Shown: positions 17,361 to 27,034 of the stretch, piece after piece
Layout of the letters: the number at the start of each line of letters is the position of its first letter
Numbering within the stretch: position 1 is the first letter of the stretch
NCBI GenBank assembly: GCA_021498095.1
Contig: JAIZWK010000001.1
Location: 2,310,001 to 2,342,000, forward strand
Direction: 5' to 3'
Length of the DNA stretch: 32,000 nt
Origin: Candidatus Harpocratesius repetitus
Lineage (GTDB): Archaea > Asgardarchaeota > Lokiarchaeia > Sigyniarchaeales > Promethearchaeaceae
Made by a program: the position numbers and the translations under genes
The notes under the pieces: generated by a model
What the model was told of the DNA's origin: nothing
The model's database searches: none
The model's input: only the letters and a program-made list of their open reading frames with translations

Positions 17361-20300
17361 ATGAATCAAGATCGTAAAAAAATTGCAATAATATTGGTTG
17401 GTTTGGTCTGTTTCCAAATTCTTGCCGTAGGTGCATTCGACGTGGGTGCATTTAATTCTCCCAATTCAATTAATTCTTCAGATTTTTCTGAATCCACTTC
17501 TTTAATAAAAAATTCATATCCATCACATTCTACTCCATATCGTTTTTCTGTAAATCCAAAGACACCATTGTTTACTGAAATGGCTGATGAAGAGCAACAG
17601 GGAAAAATTAATGATAAATCCTATTCAGACGATGGAACTACTTCTGCTACTGATTCAGAAACCGAGACAAATCAAATTCCGCATTCTCAATATTGGTGGG
17701 ATAGCGATTATGCTATGGCAGTGAATTTAGAGAAATATGCCTTCACTTCGGAAGAAGATATTAATATAGAAATCCAAATGACTTATAATTTTACTCCAGT
17801 TGTTAATCACGTAATTGATGTTTATGTTTATAAGAACTATTGGCGTAATTGGTACTATTACTATTCGTATTATTATGATGATACTAGTGAATCTGATCAG
17901 ATTTATCATCAAACTGTCTATACAGATTCTACAGGTCGAGCAGTACTTTCAATTACTGATGAGTTAGCTGAAGGTATGTATACATTGTATATTACTGATT
18001 ATAATGTTGATTCGTATAAAGAATTCACCGTTGGAAATGAAGGTATTTTTGTAAAAGCCCCACGATATTATAAACCCGGGCAGGATTTTCGAGCTGGTAT
18101 TCATTTAGTCGATTTATCGAATTTTTCTCCCTTACCTAAGCAGAATTTTTCCTATTCTCTTTCATATTATAATTGGGAATATGATAATAGCGGTTGGGTT
18201 CAAGTTTTAGCTGGAAATGGAAGTGTTGATGAAAATGGTTACAATCTTTTAGAGTTTACAGTTCCTTCAGAAATGGAAAATAAATATTACATGCGCTTAA
18301 ATATAGAAATTCCTGGATCTACAGTTCATTTTTCTATGTTCCTTTACCAGTCATGGGAGTATTATTATTTCAGTTTATGGGGAGGTGAACAATCTATGAA
18401 TGGAGATCATTTTCAATATGTTGTGACAACTGATAAAACTATTTATAGCTTGGGAGAAACCATGCATTTACGAGCAATGGTCTTAGAATATTCATTTATG
18501 AATGAGACGCGCACACCCTTAGCTGGAACTCCTATTCGGGTAGCAGTGAATAATCCTGATGAATTTACTGTATATTGGACAGAAATTCTAACTGATTCGT
18601 CTGGAATTTTGACCTTTGATTTTCATTTTAGCGACGATACAGATATTGGAACATATTCAATTCTTTTTGATTATCAGAATCATAGTTATTCTTATCCGAT
18701 TAAAGTTCAATATTATGAAAAACCTGTTTTTCGCGTATCAATTGACACATATGGAAAAAATTTCTTTCCAGAATCAACAGATGTATTATATTTTAAACCT
18801 ACATTGTTTGAAGGAGATGTTGTTGTTGAATACTATTTTGGGCAACCAGTTATCGGTGCTGAAGTAGAACTCAGAATTGTGAATTATAATGGAGAAATTG
18901 TTTATTCTGAGACAGGGAATACAAATGCTTTAGGGAAATATCATTTTGCAATCTATTTAAACAATATTGCGGATTTATCTTATAGTTTTGATGCTCATGC
19001 TATAGTTTCTGACGATTATGGAAGATCTTCGGCGAGTAAACAGAGTTATACACGTATAAAAGACACTTATATTTGGGGTTATGTTAATCCATGGGATCCT
19101 AATCCAGGAGATGAACTAACATATTATTTCTATGCATACCAGTACTTAATGCGTCCAGGAGGATCTTCTTATTGGGATTGGGAGTTTAACCCATTAGCTA
19201 ATGTCTCAGTATCGGTTAAACTTTATGGGATTAACGCCATTTGGATCGATGAAAATTCATTAAAGGCAAAAAAATATATAACCACATATAAAGGAATCAC
19301 TAATGAGTTTGGTTCTGGTTCTATTCAATTTTCTGTAGATTCTTCTTTAATTGGGAAATATGATTTTTTTCAAATAGAAATAAGTATGGTTTTAGAAGAT
19401 GGAAGATCTTCTTCTTCTTGTGATTATTTCCGCTTTAAAAAATATAGTTTAAGTCTTAATTTAGATAAAAAAACATATCTTCCCGGTGACACTATTAAAA
19501 TTTCTACCAAATTCTGGGATAATATCGCTAATCAACCTGTACAAGGGAAAGGTGAATTATATCTCTACGATTCAAATTATCAGCGAATCGGTAAAGCAAC
19601 AATGATCTTTAATGGTGAAGAAAATCTATACTTCAATTTATCCCAATATGCAAAATCTGGAACTTATCGTATTTACTCATACGTACTTTCAGAAGGTAAC
19701 TCTTATTATAGAGGTTTTTCTTATCAATCTGCTTATATTCAATTTACTGTAGGGCAAACTTATGAAATTCGTTTAGACACTAATGTTACAACAAAAGATG
19801 AAAAAGGATATAGATTTTTAGTTCATTCAGGGGATTATATTAAAATTTTTGGTTCTTCAGATGTACCTACAAATAACTTACACTATATAGAGGTGTATAA
19901 ACGAGGATTAATCTTTTCTGCTCCACTCAATATAACAAATGGAACATTTTCCTATGAATTTGTTGTTGATTCTTCATGGCTGCCTGATTTTACAATATTT
20001 GTTTACACCATCTCTGAAACGGGACATATTATTGAAAATTACCTTGTATTTCATGTAAATATCACTGTAGGAATCTCATTAAAGACAGATAAAGAAGTGT
20101 ATGAGCCTGGAGATTTTATTACATTGACTATTTCGCCAACATCTGATGATCCTACCTTAATTTCTCTTTCATTCATCGATAGCGCAGTTTTAGATGTTGA
20201 ACCAGAAGATGATTCAGAACTTGCATATTTTTCCAATTATAATTATGCTGCGTATCTTCAATCTTCCAGTTCTTGGGGAGTAGGATATGATGGTTCAAAT

Positions 20301-23300
20301 TATTGGTGGATAGGATATGGATCTCCCACTGGAAGATTGTATTGGCTTATGCCTAGATATGATGATGCCTATATTGCTTATGATGAAGCATCAGGTTTTG
20401 ATGAAGTTAACCTATTATCTGATGTTCAGAGAGGAGATGATGGAAATCCAACTTTTAGCTTCGAAGATATTTTAGGATCCTTTGATATTGATATTAGAAA
20501 AAATATTTCTGAATCATCAAATTGGAATCCAAAATTGTGGATTACTGAACCCACTAACTTTACTTTTAAGCTACCAGATAATATTGGAGAATGGACTATT
20601 CGTGTCGTAGCCGCAGGTATTGATCAAGAAGGTGGTAGTAATGTTTTATGGGGAGATGTTCAAACTATTAGAATAAAATCATTTTTACCATTCTTTGTCG
20701 AGTTTGATATAGCCCAACCAGTAACACAAGACGATATAATAACCATTAAAGCGTATGTCTACAATTATTTAGGAACAGATACTACAGCTTTAGTGGCTAT
20801 TAATGCTCAAGGATTGAATATTCTGAATAATGAAGTCCAGCAAGTGTTTATTCCATCGAATATGGTCTCTGAAGTAGAATTTTCTGCATATTGTAGAGAT
20901 GCATTTAATCAAAATATTACCATTTTAGCTGCTACTAATAGTTCGATAGGTGATTATGCCGATGCAAAACAGATTCAAATATATGTCAAACCTAATGGCT
21001 TAGAACTTAAATTTCAGCAGATTGGTGTGGTGAATGCAAGCGATCCATTTATTTTAAATTATTCAATTGATGAAAATACAATTTATCACAAAGAAACTAT
21101 TGCGATTTATAGTGATCTTCTCGATGTTTCTTTAGATAGTTGGTCATCATTAATTGGGTATCCTTATGGATGTGTGGAGCAGACAGTCTCTAAATTACTT
21201 CCTAGTGTTTTAATATATCAGTATTTACAAATGACTGGTGAATTAACTGAAACATTGGAAATTCAAATTCAAAATATTGTGGCAGATGGATTAAATCGGC
21301 TATATACAATGCAACATTCTGATGGAGGTTGGGGTTGGTGGCAAGATGATGAGTCACGAATCTATATGACATCAATTGTGCTTTTTACCATGATTGAAAT
21401 TGATAAAGCAGGATTCTATATCAATTCCTTCAATTTTAATGAGGCACTGGCTTATCTTTTAAATCAACAGAACAGCGATGGTTCTTGGACACTCGCTAGT
21501 TATTATGGTAATACTGCATTTGAAGCTACTGCATATATTTCTAAATTGCTTCTTTCGCAGAAAATATCTACTATTGATCTCTCTGAAGCAGTATCTCAAG
21601 CTATTTCATTTTTAGATGACCAATGGGATAATGAAGAGTATCGAGGATCATATGGTGCAGCCATGTATTATTTAGCTACCCATGATACAGTATTTGAAAA
21701 TTCTGATCGATCCAACGCTTTGATAAACTTCCTACTCGAGAATAAGCACAATCAGAATGGGAATGTCTTTTGGTCTTTTGATTCAGATAATTATTGGTAC
21801 TGGGGATATTTTGGAGGGACTGTTGAAATTACTGCCAATGTAATTATGGCATTAGCTGCTGATGGATATATATCACATTTTCCTCTTCTTCAAAAAGCAA
21901 CTCAGTTTTTACTTTCACAGAAACATCAATATGGGTGGTGGACTACAGCAGATACTTCTTCAGCTATTCAGGCTTTAATTTTTATGAAAAATATAACTGT
22001 AGGTCAAGAAATTCTCGAATTTAACGGTAGTATAAATGTAAATGTGAATAATCAAGAAACTCCGCTTTATGAGTTAAACTATACTAGTGATTGGATTCCG
22101 TCTCAAATTAAACTACGAGTAGATTCACGCATGGAAACAGGAAATAACACTCTCACTTTAGATTCTTCAGGAACTGGACAATTTGTTTATATGTTTGAAT
22201 CTTTCCAAATTGTCAGAGTCATGCCAACTATCGAAATTCAAAATGATATTACTGCGTTATCTGGACAATCATTTAATTTCTCAGTAATTTTCCGAGATAT
22301 TCCTTCTTGGTACTCTTTACAACAAGTTTCAATAGAATTGGTTGATTTAAATCAAAATTTTGATATTGTTTCTCCAGTCAATACAAATTCACTTTTTACT
22401 GAGGCAATTACAACTGGAACAAGTCAATTTAATTTCGTCCTTATGGCACCTGGAAAAATAGGTAATTATGATTTAACCAAAGTCCGAATTTCTGGTGATT
22501 TTGTTTACTTGAATCCAATCGATAACAGCACTACTTATCAGCATATCTATAAACAAATAGGACCAATCATTTGTAATGTGGTTTCCCCTTCTGCCGCTGA
22601 TTCAGGTGATTTAAGTTTCTTAAGTGGATTTCAATCTCCTCCGATATATTTTTATCCAAATACAGCTAATGATGATACTTCGTCCAAGCAAGTTTCAAAA
22701 GATGGAATAATTTTGAAGAAATCATTCGATACTCATCAAAGGTTATTTGGTGGAGATGTAATTACTGTGACAATATCAATCCAAAATACAGGAGAAAATC
22801 GCCAGTATTATGCGCTAGATGATTTTCTACCTGAAGGAACCGAATATATTCCAGGATCTATGCAAATTCTTTCAATAGATGGATCTAATTATCCTGTTGA
22901 CATTAAAGGATCTCGTATTCATGTATACTTTGCATCTCTTCCTGTTGGAAATACAAGTATTTCTTATAAAATCCAAGTAATTAATTTGAAAAATTCATTT
23001 GGTGGAAAATGCGAACTTTGGGGAATGTACGATAAATTTTCGCTGCAAACACATGGAGAAGAATTAGAAAATATTCCTTTAGAATATTCTCCAAACGATC
23101 AAATTTATCGAGATACAGATAATCCAAACATAGTTGAAGCCAATCTTGAAGATATTACCACTTCCACACCAAAAGTTTTGATTAATTTAAAGGTATCAGA
23201 TGCAAACTTAATTTATAAAATACGCGTTTATTTTCTGCAAGAAAATCAATGGCATCAAATTCTCTTCTATAATAAGGAAACAACAGAACAAATTGACTTA

Positions 23301-23603
23301 ACTATTGATATCTTAGACAATGTTGATTCAGATGTGGTTTTTATGTTAGAAATATTTGATATATATGGAAATATTGCCCAAAAATGGTTTGATCCTTTAA
23401 AGATCTTTTCGACACTTCCTCCATATACTACAATTGGAATTATTGTTGGTGTATCGCTTGGAATAGCGGGATTGGCTGCGCTTTCTACGAAAAAACCTGA
23501 ATGGTTTCAAAAACTACTTCCTAAGAAATATCGAACTGAAGATAAACCTCATTCTTTAGAGAGAAAAGCAAAATTTTCTTTTATAGATGATACTGAAGTA
23601 TAA
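17361..23603 (+). CDS. Alpha-2-macroglobulin / thioester-containing protein (TEP) family, type I membrane-anchored
   Basis: Signal peptide (MNQDRKKIAIILVGLVCFQILAVGA). MG-domain motifs: TTDKTIYSLGET, YYEKPVFRVSI, KTDKEVYEPGD...IDSAVL, LPDNIGEWTIRVVA, PFFVEFD...VYNY. Thioester PYGCVEQT (Cys1271, 21171-21173). TED motifs QHSDGGWGWW and QNSDGSW, plus WWTTADTSSAIQAL. MG8/DUF11-like DDFLPEGTEY. C-terminal TM IGIIVGVSLGIAGLAALST followed by a ~37-aa tail. Confidence 0.95.
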   Translation: MNQDRKKIAIILVGLVCFQILAVGAFDVGAFNSPNSINSSDFSESTSLIKNSYPSHSTPYRFSVNPKTPLFTEMADEEQQGKINDKSYSDDGTTSATDSETETNQIPHSQYWWDSDYAMAVNLEKYAFTSEEDINIEIQMTYNFTPVVNHVIDVYVYKNYWRNWYYYYSYYYDDTSESDQIYHQTVYTDSTGRAVLSITDELAEGMYTLYITDYNVDSYKEFTVGNEGIFVKAPRYYKPGQDFRAGIHLVDLSNFSPLPKQNFSYSLSYYNWEYDNSGWVQVLAGNGSVDENGYNLLEFTVPSEMENKYYMRLNIEIPGSTVHFSMFLYQSWEYYYFSLWGGEQSMNGDHFQYVVTTDKTIYSLGETMHLRAMVLEYSFMNETRTPLAGTPIRVAVNNPDEFTVYWTEILTDSSGILTFDFHFSDDTDIGTYSILFDYQNHSYSYPIKVQYYEKPVFRVSIDTYGKNFFPESTDVLYFKPTLFEGDVVVEYYFGQPVIGAEVELRIVNYNGEIVYSETGNTNALGKYHFAIYLNNIADLSYSFDAHAIVSDDYGRSSASKQSYTRIKDTYIWGYVNPWDPNPGDELTYYFYAYQYLMRPGGSSYWDWEFNPLANVSVSVKLYGINAIWIDENSLKAKKYITTYKGITNEFGSGSIQFSVDSSLIGKYDFFQIEISMVLEDGRSSSSCDYFRFKKYSLSLNLDKKTYLPGDTIKISTKFWDNIANQPVQGKGELYLYDSNYQRIGKATMIFNGEENLYFNLSQYAKSGTYRIYSYVLSEGNSYYRGFSYQSAYIQFTVGQTYEIRLDTNVTTKDEKGYRFLVHSGDYIKIFGSSDVPTNNLHYIEVYKRGLIFSAPLNITNGTFSYEFVVDSSWLPDFTIFVYTISETGHIIENYLVFHVNITVGISLKTDKEVYEPGDFITLTISPTSDDPTLISLSFIDSAVLDVEPEDDSELAYFSNYNYAAYLQSSSSWGVGYDGSNYWWIGYGSPTGRLYWLMPRYDDAYIAYDEASGFDEVNLLSDVQRGDDGNPTFSFEDILGSFDIDIRKNISESSNWNPKLWITEPTNFTFKLPDNIGEWTIRVVAAGIDQEGGSNVLWGDVQTIRIKSFLPFFVEFDIAQPVTQDDIITIKAYVYNYLGTDTTALVAINAQGLNILNNEVQQVFIPSNMVSEVEFSAYCRDAFNQNITILAATNSSIGDYADAKQIQIYVKPNGLELKFQQIGVVNASDPFILNYSIDENTIYHKETIAIYSDLLDVSLDSWSSLIGYPYGCVEQTVSKLLPSVLIYQYLQMTGELTETLEIQIQNIVADGLNRLYTMQHSDGGWGWWQDDESRIYMTSIVLFTMIEIDKAGFYINSFNFNEALAYLLNQQNSDGSWTLASYYGNTAFEATAYISKLLLSQKISTIDLSEAVSQAISFLDDQWDNEEYRGSYGAAMYYLATHDTVFENSDRSNALINFLLENKHNQNGNVFWSFDSDNYWYWGYFGGTVEITANVIMALAADGYISHFPLLQKATQFLLSQKHQYGWWTTADTSSAIQALIFMKNITVGQEILEFNGSINVNVNNQETPLYELNYTSDWIPSQIKLRVDSRMETGNNTLTLDSSGTGQFVYMFESFQIVRVMPTIEIQNDITALSGQSFNFSVIFRDIPSWYSLQQVSIELVDLNQNFDIVSPVNTNSLFTEAITTGTSQFNFVLMAPGKIGNYDLTKVRISGDFVYLNPIDNSTTYQHIYKQIGPIICNVVSPSAADSGDLSFLSGFQSPPIYFYPNTANDDTSSKQVSKDGIILKKSFDTHQRLFGGDVITVTISIQNTGENRQYYALDDFLPEGTEYIPGSMQILSIDGSNYPVDIKGSRIHVYFASLPVGNTSISYKIQVINLKNSFGGKCELWGMYDKFSLQTHGEELENIPLEYSPNDQIYRDTDNPNIVEANLEDITTSTPKVLINLKVSDANLIYKIRVYFLQENQWHQILFYNKETTEQIDLTIDILDNVDSDVVFMLEIFDIYGNIAQKWFDPLKIFSTLPPYTTIGIIVGVSLGIAGLAALSTKKPEWFQKLLPKKYRTEDKPHSLERKAKFSFIDDTEV

Positions 23604-23707
23604 TAAAAGTGCATTCTTTGCTGTTTTTTCATATTTTCTGTATCATTTTTTTATGTTTTCATTATCATTTTCTTTCTTTTTATATATTTAGAAGATTTTC
23701 ATATTAT

Positions 23708-23729
23708 ACTTATCAACACTTATCAACAC
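23708..23729. repeat. 10-bp tandem repeat (ACTTATCAAC x2.2) upstream of the acyl-CoA ligase
   Basis: ACTTATCAAC ACTTATCAAC AC seen directly. Confidence 0.6.
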
Positions 23730-23836
23730 AAATTTATTTAATCAAGTGAAAATTGAAGATGAACAGCAAGTTAAATCAAGATATTATCAAAGTGGATCAC
23801 TCTCTCTTTAATACAAAGGGCTTTTAAACTTTAAGA

Positions 23837-25765
23837 TTGAAATTTAAACGATTATATATGACATATAAAGAAGATTATCAACTATCAATAACTCACCCAG
23901 AAAAATTTTGGGAACCTATTAGCAAAAAAATACACTGGTTTACACCTCCTGAGAAAATTCTCGATACATCAAATCCTCCCTTTTATCGCTGGTTTAAAGG
24001 AGGGAAAACAAATATCTGTTATAATGCAGTAGATCGTTGGGCACTTTCTGAAACTCACGCGAATCGACCAGCGTTTATATATGAAAATCCTGTAGAAGGT
24101 ATATCTAAACCAATAACATATGCAGAATTGTATACCTTTGTAAATCAAATTGCTGGCTTATTTCGACATATGGGGTTGCAAAAAGGGGATCGTGTCATAT
24201 TTTACCTGCCAATGTCCATAGAAGCTTGTGCTGCCGCCTTAGCTTGCACCCGTATTGGAGTAATCCATTCTATAATATTTGCAGGTTTCAGCAAAGAATC
24301 TATTGCTGTACGAATTGATGATGCCAAACCTAAATTAATCATTTGCAGCGATGCAAGTAAACGTGCAGGTAAAATAACACCTTTGAAGTCGATTGTGGAT
24401 GATGCAATCGAAATTGCACAATATAAGGTTCCAAATGTATTAGTGGTAAATTTTGGTATCCAAAATTATAATATAGTTTCAGGAAGAGATTTAGATTGGC
24501 AGACTGAGTTAGATTCTTGCCCTATTAAGGAAGTACCTTGCGAGCATTTAGAATCGGATCATCCTTCATATATTTTATATACTTCCGGCACAACTGGAAA
24601 ACCGAAAGGTGCTCTTAGAGATACAGGGGGATACATGGTTGCTCTTTATCATTCCATCTTTTCTCTTTATGGATGTAACGAAGATTCCGTATATTTTGCA
24701 ACATCAGATATTGGCTGGGTTGTTGGTCATTCGTATACAATATATGGGCCTTTAATTGCTGGATTAACTTCTATTGTTTATGATGGTACTCCTTTGCATG
24801 GTAAGGGTGGAGAACAAAATCCTGGGATATGGTTTGAAACGATTGCTAAGGTGAAAGCAGATGTAGTGTTTAGTTCCCCAACTGCTTTTCGGATGCTTCG
24901 TAAGTATCCAGAAGAATGGATTACCAAGCACGATTTAAGTTGTTTACGGTATTTGTTCTTAGCTGGTGAACCATTAGATCCACCAACTTATCAATGGGCT
25001 AAACGAGTACTTGGCAAGGTGGAAATAGTGGATAATTATTGGCAAACTGAAACAGGCTGGCCCGTTCTCTGTAATCCTGTTGGGGTTGATAATATCCCGA
25101 TTAAACCTGGATCTCCCACATTTCCTACTTGGACGTGGAATTTAGATGTAGTGGATGCCGAAGGAAATCCAATGCCGCCAAATGAAAAGGGTTTTCTAAT
25201 TGCTTATCCTCCCACGCCACCTGGTTTTATGATGACTGTGTATGGAGATGACGAACGATTTGTGCAGACTTATTTCCGTGAAATTCCAGGAAAAGAAGTA
25301 TATTATACTGGGGATTACGCCATTAAAGATGAAGAGGGATATTATTTTGTTTTAGGAAGAGCAGATGAAGTAATTAAAGTGGCAGCTCATCGTCTTGGTA
25401 CCCGTGAAATTGAAGAATTATTAAATTCACATCCTGCTGTAGCAGAAAACATGGTCATCGGTATTGCTCATGAAGTGAAAGGTCAAGTTCCTCTTGTGCT
25501 GGTTGTATTGAAGGAAGGTTTTAATTGGGATGATACAATGAAGAAAGAACTTATCCAAACTATTCGAGATGGGATTGGACCAATAGCAACTCCGAAGGAT
25601 GTGTTAAAAGTATCCCGATTACCTAAAACTCGCTCAGGAAAAGTTATGAGGAGGATTATTAAAGCGATTGCCGAGCAGCAAGATATTGGTGATATCTCTA
25701 CTATTGAAGATCGTTCAGCTGTGGAAGAAATTCGGGATGCAATCGAGAAAATTTTGAAAGAATAA
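23837..25765 (+). CDS. AMP-forming short-chain acyl-CoA synthetase, propionyl-CoA synthetase (PrpE)/Acs-like
   Basis: RWFKGGKTNICYNAVDR, YILYTSGTTGKPKG, FLAGEPLD, DNYWQTETGWP, GRADEVIKVAAHRLGTREIEE, LPKTRSGKVMRR. The GEPLD/NYWQTETGWP variants resemble PrpE more than Acs. Confidence 0.92.
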   Translation: MKFKRLYMTYKEDYQLSITHPEKFWEPISKKIHWFTPPEKILDTSNPPFYRWFKGGKTNICYNAVDRWALSETHANRPAFIYENPVEGISKPITYAELYTFVNQIAGLFRHMGLQKGDRVIFYLPMSIEACAAALACTRIGVIHSIIFAGFSKESIAVRIDDAKPKLIICSDASKRAGKITPLKSIVDDAIEIAQYKVPNVLVVNFGIQNYNIVSGRDLDWQTELDSCPIKEVPCEHLESDHPSYILYTSGTTGKPKGALRDTGGYMVALYHSIFSLYGCNEDSVYFATSDIGWVVGHSYTIYGPLIAGLTSIVYDGTPLHGKGGEQNPGIWFETIAKVKADVVFSSPTAFRMLRKYPEEWITKHDLSCLRYLFLAGEPLDPPTYQWAKRVLGKVEIVDNYWQTETGWPVLCNPVGVDNIPIKPGSPTFPTWTWNLDVVDAEGNPMPPNEKGFLIAYPPTPPGFMMTVYGDDERFVQTYFREIPGKEVYYTGDYAIKDEEGYYFVLGRADEVIKVAAHRLGTREIEELLNSHPAVAENMVIGIAHEVKGQVPLVLVVLKEGFNWDDTMKKELIQTIRDGIGPIATPKDVLKVSRLPKTRSGKVMRRIIKAIAEQQDIGDISTIEDRSAVEEIRDAIEKILKE

Positions 25766-25895
25766 CCTTAAATCTTTTTTTTTTAAAATTCTGTAACTTT
25801 GATTACTTAATTCGTGTAAATTTTGATCAAAAAACAAAAAACTTTTTTTATATTTCTTTTTCAATTAAGGGGAAATCTTCATAAAGTGGGAATAA

Positions 25896-26870
25896 TTGGC
25901 TCACTTAATGGAGTTTTACGTATTTTGGAAACTTTTATTAGTGTATGGTTTCATCCTTGTAGGTGTATTATTAGGAGGGGTAGTTGGTTCTTATAAGGAA
26001 AGAGTTCAAAAAGAGATGGTAAATCTATTAATCAACCTTATTACTCCATTACAAGTGTTTATTATTATTCTTGTTTCTCAATTCAATCTTTCAATTGAAT
26101 CTATCCTTCAAATTATTGGGATTGCAATTATATCTCACTATACTCAATTTTATATAGGGTTAAAGTATTTCAGTAAAAAATCAGATGATTATCGAAGAAT
26201 TGGTGCTCAAACACTTCATGGATCTTTTCCTAATTCACTTTATTATATTACTCCAATCATATTACTTGTTTTTCCTGAAGAACTTTTAATTATTCCAGTT
26301 ATTTATGCCAGTGCAATGACAACAATTAAAGCTACTTTTTTACCATTACAAGTTCATAATTTAGGTATAAAATCAAAAAATGAAAGTTTGGGTCAAACCT
26401 TGCGAAAATTACTTCTCTTTCCTCCGTTCTTAGGTATTCTTTTCGGAATTCTTTTTCGCGCCTTACCTCAATTTCAAACCAGTGATTTTCTCATAGCACT
26501 TAAAACACCACTTTCTCAAATAACTTCGGCAGTTAGTGCTATCTTGATTGGTATATCATTGGTTGGAATCTCAAAAAAACGTGTTAAATTTTATAAAAAT
26601 GCGCTCATGCAAACAGCCTTAATCCGATTTGTGTTAGGTATGCTAATCTTTTTATGTTTAGGATTCATTCTTCATTTTCCAAATTATCAAACTGAAATTC
26701 GAACTATTCTTTTTCTAATTATTTGTGCACCGCCGGCTCAGAATAATGTAATCTACTCTATTTATTTCGAATTTGATGAACAGTTCGCCGCGTTGGGGGT
26801 TGTAGTGTTAACTTTGATCGGATTAATAATGCTTCCATTGATGTTGTGGTTTGGTTTATCTTTATTATAA
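25896..26870 (+). CDS. AEC (auxin efflux carrier)-family secondary transporter
   Basis: About 10 TM helices in two repeats, with SFPNSLYYITPII and ICAPPAQNNVIYS at the AEC FxN/MPxA crossover positions. Confidence 0.75.
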   Translation: MAHLMEFYVFWKLLLVYGFILVGVLLGGVVGSYKERVQKEMVNLLINLITPLQVFIIILVSQFNLSIESILQIIGIAIISHYTQFYIGLKYFSKKSDDYRRIGAQTLHGSFPNSLYYITPIILLVFPEELLIIPVIYASAMTTIKATFLPLQVHNLGIKSKNESLGQTLRKLLLFPPFLGILFGILFRALPQFQTSDFLIALKTPLSQITSAVSAILIGISLVGISKKRVKFYKNALMQTALIRFVLGMLIFLCLGFILHFPNYQTEIRTILFLIICAPPAQNNVIYSIYFEFDEQFAALGVVVLTLIGLIMLPLMLWFGLSLL

Positions 26871-27034
26871 GAATGAAATGGCAATTCATAAGAAAGATAT
26901 TAAAAAATAAAGGCTCAAAAAAAGCTTCAAAAAAAAGTGAATCAGAAATAGGAATTTAATAAAAATAAATGAAGAAAGAAAAAAAATTCATCAAGAAGAA
27001 AAAATATCTTGAATTTCTTTTAAAGAAACTGAAG

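Noticed and set aside
17361-17435. Lipoprotein signal in the A2M-family protein (Cys in LVGLVC)
   Set aside because: G-L-V-C does not fit the lipobox, and the hydrophobic stretch continues to an AVGA signal-peptidase-I-like site.
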